From: Bacteroidota bacterium
GTDB taxonomy: Bacteria > Bacteroidota > Ignavibacteria > UBA10030 > UBA6906
Assembly: GCA_041493205.1 (NCBI GenBank)
Contig: JBGPYM010000001.1
Span: 1-49,971 of the forward strand
Length of the DNA: 49,971 bases
Reading direction: 5' to 3'
Shown here: piece after piece, positions 19,901 to 29,280 of the stretch
Numbering within the stretch: position 1 is the first letter of the stretch
How the letters are laid out: each line of letters begins with the position of its first letter
Position numbers and translations under genes: made by a program
The notes under the pieces: generated by a model
Told to the model about the DNA's origin: nothing
The model's input: the letters and a program-made list of their open reading frames with translations, nothing else
Database searches by the model: none

Positions 19901-20230
19901 CTCAAGGGAGAATTGCGGGTCACGTATGAACACACGGGGGGGGTTGCTGTGGTACCGCCGGTCGCGCCGCTCATCCCCGGTGAGGCATCATCGGGACTGC
20001 GGTTTATCCGGGACCGGTGGGAGAAGGGTGTGTACGAAATAGTCGTGGAGGGAATGCGGGGAAGGGAGTATATGCTTGACCTCGTGGCCGCCGTTCCGCC
20101 CCGGGAAATCGAACATGCCCGGATACTCCGTCAAGAGGCAGATCGCGTGACGCTCGGGATCAGGTTCGACGGCCAGGATGGCGGTGCAGGGTACGAACGG
20201 AAGAGTGTGCGGACCGTGTGGGAGTTTTGA
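16940..20230 (+). CDS. cytoplasmic GDE_C-type (alpha/alpha)6 glycoside hydrolase carrying a large N-terminal accessory region
   Basis: GTG start overlaps the upstream stop (GTGA). No signal peptide. The core GYAWFFGRDSVWTSF, GKILHEMTTSG, ADATPLYI, DTDGDHLIEN and FSADWGVRMVPRESPHYDPAGYHEGSIWPL is collinear with 6754-9333. The fold of the first 230-330 aa is unclear. Confidence 0.6.
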   Translation: MKKYAFLAADPRHLTPEERAARQFCRTRFGRTLTVVGLRNLPSLLDAGSSPAVLWWHYDASTDLPPLARDPGVIAALLSYLERGGGLLLSLLAARYATDLGIETIPPNVIVKGVWDEECWAPGTQDIRGMATPHGHPLFDGLGKGAYTWSPARGDPFAAAWYDHGSLPASGLVAGVERQYIGIDDRRRIAIEYRMGKGRVLTIGSHFFFAHANPRFRLHLERLASNGLAYLSSRTRPARGTHWSFAQKPPEEIARSSPPLQKSDPVPSGNVLPPGIRRRPATSNEFDTGGRRILILGEESRGIDEVWVHPHRILNEFRTTFSVGAGKRQGAGLVPDDVTLRHGLVVRNFRCDGALIEESIFGDRVLPAGAVRYRIESTLPVVIAIAVRVDLRAMWPLPASATGALHYGWDEGLQALSVSNGDGRGGSLIGSGKRPDARRMEAVGGEHREIVLALEYTFHPGDAPLTIAFAGSAHREATAAYRRMVKSTDRRLALQTRHSSRIIEGAAVIEGPDAQFNEGYRTALVSTERFSVEVPGLGPSLMAGYASTAHGWNGGHAVSGRPGYAWFFGRDSVWTSFAMLGCGMHDTVRDVLAFLGDHQDLTGKILHEMTTSGFTHYDAADATPLYIILMGRYLTATGDVRFVRSQKERFRRAFAYCLSTDTDGDHLIENTNVGHGWIEGGPLYPVHTELYLAACWGEALAQAAAVARRMGDARLARKCGKEARVVGNSIRKLFWNPGTRVYSFGKNADGSYRSGETALQAVAMLFGLTDRKNDAHVLDRLASDQFSADWGVRMVPRESPHYDPAGYHEGSIWPLCTGWTSLAEFLNRRPVQGFIHAMGNLQLGWHWSAGNFPEVLHGERCAPAGVCAHQAWSGSMVLQPLIEGMLGFRADASGRRVSLRPYFPPEWERAEARRLRIGKDSITMTMRRRMNRTSFIFSATTARPIEVEFCPWFPCGTTLHAIRAGSIIAVHDIHVSDPDDVPPLPFTLKGELRVTYEHTGGVAVVPPVAPLIPGEASSGLRFIRDRWEKGVYEIVVEGMRGREYMLDLVAAVPPREIEHARILRQEADRVTLGIRFDGQDGGAGYERKSVRTVWEF

Positions 20231-20254
20231 ACGAACGCAGAAGTGCGCGCGGGT

Positions 20255-20308
20255 GTGCAGCAGGGGGATTGCAGGCAGCGACAGCCGATCTGCAATCCCC
20301 CTTTGCAC
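20255..20308. terminator. bidirectional hairpin between convergent genes
   Basis: AGGGGGATTGCAG (20262-20274) pairs perfectly with CTGCAATCCCCCT (20290-20302). The stem is extended by GTGCA/TGCAC across a small bulge, and the loop is 15 nt. Only a short T run (TTT) follows. Confidence 0.45.
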
Positions 20309-20311
20309 GTC

Positions 20312-22816
20312 TTACGGGTTCTTCTCGGGGTACAGAATCTTTCCGATCTGGTACTTTGTATCCTGCAAATGCGCGCGCGTTTCCCGGTCTGCTGCGCGCG
20401 GGAGCGCGCGCGTGATGGCAGCATCGAGATCCATAAGCTCGGCACGGACAATCGCCCTGGCCTCACCCGGCACGGGGGGCGGGGGGGGGAACACGAATCC
20501 GGGAGGGAGTCCCGGGGGCGGCGACGGCGGCGGGGGTGGATTGATTTTTGTCCCCATCACCTCGATGTATGCCCGCTGCAGGTTCCTCCGGTACACATCG
20601 GTCGCGACCTTGCCGCTCTCGAGCTCGCTCCAGACCCCTTTGCGCAGGTCCGTGAACACTTCGTTCAGCGTGTACGGCCTCTCCCCTTTTTTCGCAAGGG
20701 CCGTCGCGGTCACGAGGCGGGCAAGCCGCCCGTTGTTCAGCAGGATCGTGATAATCTGGCGATGCCCTGCCAGGACACGCTCTTCCGCTCCCGAGGGCTC
20801 GATGAGCGCCAGGAGTTCGGGCCTGAGGAGTTCCGCCGGCGTACGGAAGCCTTCCTTCAGCAGAAACGTCATGGCCTCCTTTTGCCTGTCGCGGGAGATG
20901 GGCGTATGCACCACCCCTGCTTCCCCCGCCACTCGTGATGTCTTCACCACCCCGCCGATCTGGCTCGCCACATGCCCGAATTCACGGTTCCGCTGGTTGA
21001 TGAGCTCCCGGTACACCTCCCGGAGCGTTGAATAGTCTTCTCCCGTTTTGGTGGTCGCGCTGATGAGCATGTCGGCGATTCTGCCGATGTTCTTCAGGCC
21101 GTAGGTCGTTGCTTTCACGGCATCGCCCCCGAGGTCCTCGGTTTGCGCGGTCGGATCGATGCCGTCGGGGTCGCCGAACCGGAGATACGGTTCCGTCTCC
21201 TGGCGTGCGGCGATCCTGCCCAGGGCCGCTTTTTCATCATCGGGGGTCTTTGCGCCGGGGAACACACGGTAGCCCCACTCGGCCGCAAAGAGATCGTACG
21301 GACCGATTTTCGGTATGAGCTTCGCCCCGTCTCCCGGTTGCGCGATGTAGTTGAACCGGCCGTAGTCCATGATGGACGCTTCGGTCCCGTACCGCGCCGT
21401 GAAGGACGGGCTCCGGAGACTGTCAACGGGAAATTGTGAGCTTGCTTTCATATTGTGCGGGAACCCGAGGGAGTGGCCGACTTCATGGGCGCAGACGTAG
21501 CGGAGCATTTCCCCCATAAGTTCATCAGGGAGGGGAAGTTTCGCTGCCGCGGGGTCCACAGCGCCCGCCTGTACAAAATACCAGTTGCGGGCGAGGTTCA
21601 TCACGTTGTGGAAGAAGCCGATATCGGCGTCCAGGATTTCTCCGCTCCGCGGATCGCTGACGTGCGGGCCGTAGGCATTCTCAACCTGTGAGGGAAGCCA
21701 GCGGATCACCGAGTAGCGGACGTCTTCGGAACTCCAATCGGGATCCTCCTTGACAGACGGGGGGTCCTTTGCGACAATAGCGTTCTTGAACCCAGCCTTT
21801 TCGAACGCGGCCTGCCAGTCCTCGATTCCTTTCTTCAGGTACGGCCGCCATTTGTCCGGCACGCCCCTGTCGACGTAAAACGTGATCGGTTTCTTCGGCT
21901 CGACGAGTTCACCGCGGGCATAGGCGGCTTCATCCTTCGGCTCCAGGCGCCAGCGCGCAATGTAGCGGCGCATCTCTGCACGCTGCGCATCGTAGCCGTA
22001 GTCAACCTGAACGATGCCGAAAAATCCGACGCGCTCGTCAAAGAGCCTGGGCATCATCGGTTTTTCGGGGAGCCGCACCATCGATTGATGCATGGTAATG
22101 GTGATGGTGCTGAGGGAAGGGTCCATGGGGACCTGCCCCGCGTCATACGTGAGGGTTACTTCCGTTTCGATATTGTCCGGGTACGACCGGGTCTTCTCCA
22201 CGAAGGATCGCCGCGGATCGAGCCGGCGGACGCGCAATGCTTCCCGCTGGGTACGGTTGAGTCCGAATTCAGTCATATCCGCGGTGAAGAGATCCGTGAC
22301 GTCGATGACGACCGCGCTGGAATCCTTGTTGTAGCATTGGATGTCGAACGCCGTCAGGATGGGCGGATTCGTCGCCTTCCGGACAGCGTAACTCACCGGG
22401 AGCGAATCGGACGCAACGGCAAAATACATCACGTTCCGCAGGAGAATCCGGTCCTCCATGCGGTCCCACCGGACAACCTGTTCGTTGATCTCATCCCCTC
22501 CGTACCCGAACCCCGTCTGTGTTTTTGCCTGGGAAGTCACCAGGAGGTATTCCTTGCCGATCTCCTTTTTCGGGATTTCATAGTACCATTTCAATTTTAC
22601 ATGGTGGACGAGGAACAGGCCGGAATCGGATTTCGCCTCCTTGGTAATGACGTCGGTATACGCTTTCATACCTTCCTTTTTTTCCGGCGGCTTCACCTCC
22701 TGCCCCTCAGCGGTGAGGTACAGGAAGCATCCGACAGCCAGTCCTGCAACCAGTCGAAAACGTCTCATGGATCGATTCTCCTCTGGTGGGTAAATCTGCA
22801 GCCCGTCAGGCCGCAT
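20312..22816 (-). CDS. secreted zinc-dependent metalloprotease (DUF5117/DUF5118-type, HExxH...PHN)
   Basis: 834 aa with a signal-like N-terminus. Zinc site CAHEVGHSLGFPHNM. A polyproline linker (NPPPPPSPPPGLPPGFVFPPPPPVPGE) lies near the C-terminus. Confidence 0.8.
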   Translation of the reverse strand: MRPDGLQIYPPEENRSMRRFRLVAGLAVGCFLYLTAEGQEVKPPEKKEGMKAYTDVITKEAKSDSGLFLVHHVKLKWYYEIPKKEIGKEYLLVTSQAKTQTGFGYGGDEINEQVVRWDRMEDRILLRNVMYFAVASDSLPVSYAVRKATNPPILTAFDIQCYNKDSSAVVIDVTDLFTADMTEFGLNRTQREALRVRRLDPRRSFVEKTRSYPDNIETEVTLTYDAGQVPMDPSLSTITITMHQSMVRLPEKPMMPRLFDERVGFFGIVQVDYGYDAQRAEMRRYIARWRLEPKDEAAYARGELVEPKKPITFYVDRGVPDKWRPYLKKGIEDWQAAFEKAGFKNAIVAKDPPSVKEDPDWSSEDVRYSVIRWLPSQVENAYGPHVSDPRSGEILDADIGFFHNVMNLARNWYFVQAGAVDPAAAKLPLPDELMGEMLRYVCAHEVGHSLGFPHNMKASSQFPVDSLRSPSFTARYGTEASIMDYGRFNYIAQPGDGAKLIPKIGPYDLFAAEWGYRVFPGAKTPDDEKAALGRIAARQETEPYLRFGDPDGIDPTAQTEDLGGDAVKATTYGLKNIGRIADMLISATTKTGEDYSTLREVYRELINQRNREFGHVASQIGGVVKTSRVAGEAGVVHTPISRDRQKEAMTFLLKEGFRTPAELLRPELLALIEPSGAEERVLAGHRQIITILLNNGRLARLVTATALAKKGERPYTLNEVFTDLRKGVWSELESGKVATDVYRRNLQRAYIEVMGTKINPPPPPSPPPGLPPGFVFPPPPPVPGEARAIVRAELMDLDAAITRALPRAADRETRAHLQDTKYQIGKILYPEKNP

Positions 22817-22849
22817 GTGTTTGGATGACAGCGTGTGTACGGACGAAGT

Positions 22850-24091
22850 TTATGGGATCAGGAGCAGCGGGACGTGCAGGAGAGCCCACGTCAGATAGCG
22901 CCAGGCCGCATGACGTCGCTCGCCGGGGACGAGAAATCCGAAATAGGCCCCCTTGGCGATGGTGTTGCCCATCATCGCGACGAGGATCGCCGTGACCGTA
23001 ATCCCCGCTGCGGGGCTCCCGCTCTGCACGGCGGACAGGATGAAGGGCGCAATATCCGCAACGCCGACGATGGCAGCGAGGGCGATCATCCCGGAGTCTC
23101 CCAGTGCCGTCTTCACGGCGACCGTCACGGCGAGCAGGACGACATACAATCCCGCGAACATGAGGGCCGGCGTGATTTCAAAGGGGTTCTGAAGTCCCGG
23201 GATTCCGCGTTCGTTCTCCCCGGGGATGGCACTCCGCTTCCTCACCGAGAGGGCGATGCCTGCCGCGCAGAGCAGTGCGCACCGCCACCAGAGCACGGGG
23301 ACGAAGGACGGGCTGACAATTGCGACCAGGACCAGGAGCCGCAGGTACATCACGCTCCCCGCCAGGACAGCCGCCTGAAGCGCCCGTGCGCCCGCCTGCG
23401 GCATCTGATGCGCCAGCCGGCCCATGGCGATGGTCACCGCTGTGCTCGAGACGATGCCGCCGAGCATACCCGAGAGCCAGAGCCCTACCCGTTCCCCGAA
23501 CCGGGTGGCAAGGAAGTACCCGATGAATCCGATCGTAGAAACAAGTATGACGATCTGCCAGATCCGCGCGGGGTTCAGTTCGAACCTCGTGTAGGGATGA
23601 TCGGGCAGGACCGGCAGGATAATGACCGTCACCAGGATGAACTTCAGCGTAGCGAGGAACTCGACCTTGTTGAGTCTCTCCACGTATGTTTCGAGCCGCG
23701 CCTTTTCCGAGAGGAGGATGGTGTTGAACACGCCGAGCGCCATCGCCGCCCAGACATCGACAAGCAACGCGAGAGCTCCCGTGACGAAGGTGAGCAGGGC
23801 GGACACCTCGCTGGTGGAGCCATACCGGTCAGCTTTGATTTTGGCATAGTAGGCTATGCCGGTCAGAACGATCATGGCGACCATGCCCGCCGGCAGCATG
23901 AATGTCACGCCGATCTGAAAGAGCCATGCGCAGCCGAATCCAAAGAGTGAAATCAGGGGATGCGTCCTGACACCGCCGAAGACGAGCTTCTGTTGCTCGA
24001 TTTTCGTGCTCTCGCGTTCCAGGCCGACCAGGAAACCAAGCGCCAGGGCGACAGCAAAGCGGAGCTGGGGGGTCCATTCGATCGTGGTCAT
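22850..24091 (-). CDS. MgtC/SapB-family membrane protein with extended C-terminal membrane domain (DUF4010-like)
   Basis: 413 aa, polytopic. The N-terminal ALALGFLVGLERE motif is typical of the MgtC family. Its start overlaps the udk stop (ATGA). Confidence 0.7.
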   Translation of the reverse strand: MTTIEWTPQLRFAVALALGFLVGLERESTKIEQQKLVFGGVRTHPLISLFGFGCAWLFQIGVTFMLPAGMVAMIVLTGIAYYAKIKADRYGSTSEVSALLTFVTGALALLVDVWAAMALGVFNTILLSEKARLETYVERLNKVEFLATLKFILVTVIILPVLPDHPYTRFELNPARIWQIVILVSTIGFIGYFLATRFGERVGLWLSGMLGGIVSSTAVTIAMGRLAHQMPQAGARALQAAVLAGSVMYLRLLVLVAIVSPSFVPVLWWRCALLCAAGIALSVRKRSAIPGENERGIPGLQNPFEITPALMFAGLYVVLLAVTVAVKTALGDSGMIALAAIVGVADIAPFILSAVQSGSPAAGITVTAILVAMMGNTIAKGAYFGFLVPGERRHAAWRYLTWALLHVPLLLIP

Positions 24092-24717
24092 GCGACGGTG
24101 ACCTCACCGAGCATCATCCGGATTCTGGCTGCCACCATGTCAATTGCCACCTCGTTCTCGGCACCCCGCGGAATGATCACGTCCGCCCAGTGCTTGCTCG
24201 GTTCTACGAATTCAAGATGCATCGGTTTCACCGTTTTCATGTACTGGTTCATGACGGACTCCACCGAGCGGCCCCGTTCGAGGATGTCACGGCGGATCCG
24301 CCGGATCAGCCGGACGTCCGCGTCGGTATCGACGAATATCCTGATATCCATCAATTCCCGCAGCGCTTGTTCGACGAAAATGAGGATTCCGTCGATAATG
24401 ATGATTTCTTTCGGGTCGACCGTTTTCGTCGCAGTGAGGCGCCGGTGCGTGGTAAAGTTGTAGACCGGCTCCTCCACCGGCCCCCCCTCCCGGAGGGTCC
24501 TGATGTGGCGGACCAGGAGGTCGGTTTCGAGTGAGTCCGGGTGATCAAAATTGACGTCCGAGGGGGGGAGGCCGCGGTGCAGGCTGATGTCTTTGTAGTA
24601 GGAATCGTGCTGAATGACCGCGACCCGTTCCCGGTCGAGGCGCTCGAGGATTTTATTGGTGACAGTGGTTTTGCCCGAACCCGTCCCGCCGGCGATGCCG
24701 ATGACGAGTTGTTTCAT
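24088..24717 (-). CDS. udk: uridine kinase
   Basis: 209 aa. P-loop IGIAGGTGSGKTT, then HDSYYKD, NFDHPDS, IIIDGI, DTDADVRLIRRIRRD and VIIPRG across the full length. Confidence 0.9.
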   Translation of the reverse strand: MKQLVIGIAGGTGSGKTTVTNKILERLDRERVAVIQHDSYYKDISLHRGLPPSDVNFDHPDSLETDLLVRHIRTLREGGPVEEPVYNFTTHRRLTATKTVDPKEIIIIDGILIFVEQALRELMDIRIFVDTDADVRLIRRIRRDILERGRSVESVMNQYMKTVKPMHLEFVEPSKHWADVIIPRGAENEVAIDMVAARIRMMLGEVTVA

Positions 24718-24904
24718 GGGGGTGCAAATCGGTGTGGTCAGGAGCAGAATGTATTTTGTAAGATACGTTGGGATGCGTCGAGAAGCAAGGTGAGGGGAAA
24801 AGAGAATGAATTTGGAATTTTTTCCTTATAATACGTGGCGATGAACCTGGAAGAGGGGCAGGCTGTTTCGTATATTGCACAATGAAAACACGCAGAGGAT
24901 TCAC

Positions 24905-25252
24905 ATGAGAAGAATCGTCCTCATCGTTGCCGGCGGCCTGGGGATAGTTGTGCTGGCGGGGTCGGTTCTCCTCTATGCCAACAGGGAGAGGATTGCGCGA
25001 TTCGGCATCGACAGGACCCTCAACACCGTCGAATCGCAGGTCACGATGCAACTTGCCAGTCCCGCTACGCGTGACTCGGTCAAAGCCGATTTTGTGACGT
25101 TGCACCGGCGACTGCAGGAAGGGTCGGTCACGGTCACCGACGTGCGTGATTTTGCGGCGCTCTATTACACCAGCACCCGGGATGACCGGCTCGATCCCGC
25201 AGAGATCCGCGCACTGATCGAACGGCTCCACATGCTCACACGGAAACAATAG
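24905..25252 (+). CDS. hypothetical membrane-anchored protein
   Basis: I prefer ATG 24905, preceded by AGAGGA, over the TTG at 24875. One N-terminal TM (IVLIVAGGLGIVVLAGSVLLY) and then a soluble tail. A TATAAT lies at 24827-24832 upstream. Confidence 0.55.
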   Translation: MRRIVLIVAGGLGIVVLAGSVLLYANRERIARFGIDRTLNTVESQVTMQLASPATRDSVKADFVTLHRRLQEGSVTVTDVRDFAALYYTSTRDDRLDPAEIRALIERLHMLTRKQ

Positions 25253-25293
25253 CCCTGTCTCCGCCGGTACCGGGCTCCCTTCCCGGGCGGCTG

Positions 25294-26684
<1,391 letters not shown>

Positions 26685-26688
<4 letters not shown>

Positions 26689-27950
26689 CGGACGACAGGG
26701 ACGGGCTGCATCTCTTCCTGGGGTCCCTGCGCGCGCGCCGCCAGGGCCGCCGGGGCGTTATGCTGCACCTGGTGATATGTTTTCACCGGCAGACCGTAGA
26801 TCGCGATGAAGCCTTCGGACGCCTTATGATTGAATTTGTCCTCATCGGTATAGGTCGCCAGCTCTGCATTGTACAGTGAATAGACGGAGCTGCGCCCTGC
26901 AACCCCGACGTTCCCCTTGAAGAGTTTCACGCGCACGGTGCCGGTCACGGTCTTCTGCGTCTCCTGCACGAACGCATCGAGCGCGGACCGGAGCGGCGTG
27001 AACCAGAGGCCGTTGTAGACGAGGTTCGCATACTCGGCGGCGAGCTGGTTTTTCATATGAAAGACCGATTTGTCCAGCGTCAGCCGCTCCAGCTCCGTGT
27101 GCGCAAAATGCAGGACCGTTGCAGCCGGCGCTTCGTAGATCTCACGGGACTTGATCCCGACAAGCCGGTTTTCAATGAGGTCGATGCGTCCCACGCCATG
27201 GGCTCCGGCAATGTCATTGAGCGTGAAGACGAGGCTGACCGGGTCGAGGCGTGTGCCGCCGAGTCCGACCGGGTTTCCGTCCTCGAATTCGATCTCGACG
27301 TATTCCGGGGTGTCCGGCGCATTTTCGGGTGACACGGTCCGCTGGTACGCGTCGGAAGGGGGTTCCACCATCGGATCTTCGAGCACGCCGCATTCGACGC
27401 TCGTCCCCCAGATGTTCTCATCGATGGAATACGGGCTCCCCATCGTCGCCGCGACCGGGATGTTGTGCTTGCGCGCGTAGATGATTTCCTCTTCGCGCGA
27501 CTTGAACTCCCACTCGCGCAGGGGAGCCAGAACCTTGAGATCGGGGGCCAGGGCGGCGACAGACACCTCGAAACGGACCTGGTCGTTCCCCTTGCCGGTG
27601 CATCCATGGGCGACGTGGGTCGCGCCTTCCTTGCGCGCAATATCCACGAGCAGCTTTGCCAGCAGCGGGCGTCCCAGCGACGTCGCCATCGGATAACTCT
27701 TTTCATACAGCGCGCCGGCCCGGAGGGCGGGAAAGACGTACTCCTTCATGAACTCTTCCTTCAGGTCCTTGATGTAGACCTTCGACGCGCCGGTGGCGTA
27801 TGCCTTTGCCTGCACGCCGCTCAGTTCCTTCTTCTGCCCGAGGTCCCCCGTTGCCGTGATCACCTCCGCCTGCATGTGGTCCATCAGCCATTTCACCATG
27901 ACCGACGTGTCCAGCCCTCCGGAGTATGCCACCACGATCTTGTTCTTCAT
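26685..27950 (-). CDS. argG: argininosuccinate synthase
   Basis: 421 aa. [12 protein letters not shown]-binding motif, [13 protein letters not shown] and SIDENIWG. Overlaps the argH start by 4 nt. Confidence 0.95.
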
Positions 27951-28402
27951 TATTCCTGTCCCTCAATGAGTTTTTGTTTGAGAAAACGCAACACGTGATG
28001 GGTCCTCTGCTGCGACCGCGGGATGATCAGCAGCGTGTTGTCCCCCGCAACGGTCCCGATAACGTCCGGGTTTTTCGCCAGGTCGATGAACTCCCCCACC
28101 GTGTTCGCGCAGCCGGGGAGCGTCCGTACGACGATGACCGACTCGTTGGCATCGATCCCGAGCACCTCCGCAGTGACCAGCGGACGAAGGGCCCGGACTT
28201 CACCCTCCTGCTGGAGGGTATACCGCCACCCCCCCTCCGCAGGTACACGGATGACGCCGAGTTCTTTCATGTCGCGTGAAAGGGTTGCCTGCGTCACCGC
28301 GCACCCCCGTTTTTTCAAACTGCGGCGGAGCTCGCCCTGGCTCCCGATCGATCCGATTGCGATGAGCTCCTTGATGGTAAACTGTCGTGCCTGTTTGGTC
28401 AC
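27950..28402 (-). CDS. argR: arginine repressor
   Basis: 150 aa. N-terminal winged helix ([12 protein letters not shown]) and C-terminal oligomerisation/arginine-binding motif [12 protein letters not shown]. Its stop shares one base with the argG ATG (TAATG). Confidence 0.9.
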   Translation of the reverse strand: MTKQARQFTIKELIAIGSIGSQGELRRSLKKRGCAVTQATLSRDMKELGVIRVPAEGGWRYTLQQEGEVRALRPLVTAEVLGIDANESVIVVRTLPGCANTVGEFIDLAKNPDVIGTVAGDNTLLIIPRSQQRTHHVLRFLKQKLIEGQE

Positions 28403-29277
28403 ACTTCCACCGTTGCCCTTGCGGCGCGGAGGACCAGCTCGGTGCCCACGCCCCTGTCCGTAAAGATTTCCAGGAGGATCGAGTGTTTGATCCGGCCGTC
28501 GATGAGATGGACCTTGTTCACGCCCGCACGGAGGGCTGTAAACGCCGACCGGATTTTCGGGACCATGCCGTTGTTGATCACTTTTGCATCCATGAGCCGT
28601 TCGGCATCCTCCTGGTCCATGCTGTGGACGAGCCCCGACCCGTTCATTACCCCTTCCACATCGCTCAGGAAGACCAGTTTTTCCGCCCGGAGGGCCGCGG
28701 CGATTGCGGATGCCGCAACGTCTGCATTCACGTTATGCGGCTGCCCCTGCGCGTTGACGCCCACGGGGGCGATGACCGGCATGATGCCGTGGTCGAGGAG
28801 AAGATTAAGATAGGCGGTGTTCACGTCCGTGATTTCACCGACGAACCCCAGGTCGACGCCGTTTTCGCTGAACTTCTTCACGGTCAGAACCCGCGCGTCA
28901 ATACCGCTCAATCCCGCAGCCTCCCCGTCGTGCCGGTTGATCCGGCCCACGATGTCCTTGTTGGTTTTCCCGGCCAGGACCATCTGGACCACGTCCATCA
29001 TGGGGCCGTCGGTATAGCGCTGTCCGTCGACGAACCGCGACTCGAGGCCGAGGCGCGACGCGATGTCGGTCACCTCTTTACCGCCTCCGTGCACAATGGC
29101 GACCTTGATGCCGATTTTCTTCAGGAGCGTGACGTCCTGGGCAAAGGTCTCTTTCAACTCGTCATCGACCTGCGCCGCACCGCCGTACTTGACGACAAAC
29201 GTCTTGCCTTCATACCGCGAAATGTACGGGAGTGCCTCACAGAGCACTTCGGTCTTTGCCGCAAGGGACGTGATCAT
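28399..29277 (-). CDS. argB: acetylglutamate kinase
   Basis: 292 aa. VVKYGGA, VHGGG and NVNAD motifs. 4-nt overlap with argR. Confidence 0.9.
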   Translation of the reverse strand: MITSLAAKTEVLCEALPYISRYEGKTFVVKYGGAAQVDDELKETFAQDVTLLKKIGIKVAIVHGGGKEVTDIASRLGLESRFVDGQRYTDGPMMDVVQMVLAGKTNKDIVGRINRHDGEAAGLSGIDARVLTVKKFSENGVDLGFVGEITDVNTAYLNLLLDHGIMPVIAPVGVNAQGQPHNVNADVAASAIAAALRAEKLVFLSDVEGVMNGSGLVHSMDQEDAERLMDAKVINNGMVPKIRSAFTALRAGVNKVHLIDGRIKHSILLEIFTDRGVGTELVLRAARATVEV

Positions 29278-29280
29278 CGC

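Noticed and set aside
20466-20545. G-quadruplex potential of the G-rich block on the plus strand.
   Set aside because: The G runs are explained by proline codons on the coding strand, and the loop lengths between some G-tracts exceed the canonical limit of 7 nt. I kept only the homopolymer-slippage observation.
22835-23950. A 371-aa plus-strand ORF, extremely rich in D/E/R/H/G.
   Set aside because: It lies antisense to the MgtC-family membrane protein gene. The charged low-complexity sequence is what is expected when GC-rich hydrophobic codons are read in reverse.
25261-25290. A possible hairpin (CCGGG/CCCGG plus CCGC/GCGG) between the hypothetical gene and argH.
   Set aside because: It has only 5+4 bp interrupted by a 5-nt bulge and no U-tract. 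It also contains a CCGGTACCGG palindrome that competes with the hairpin. This is too weak to call a terminator.
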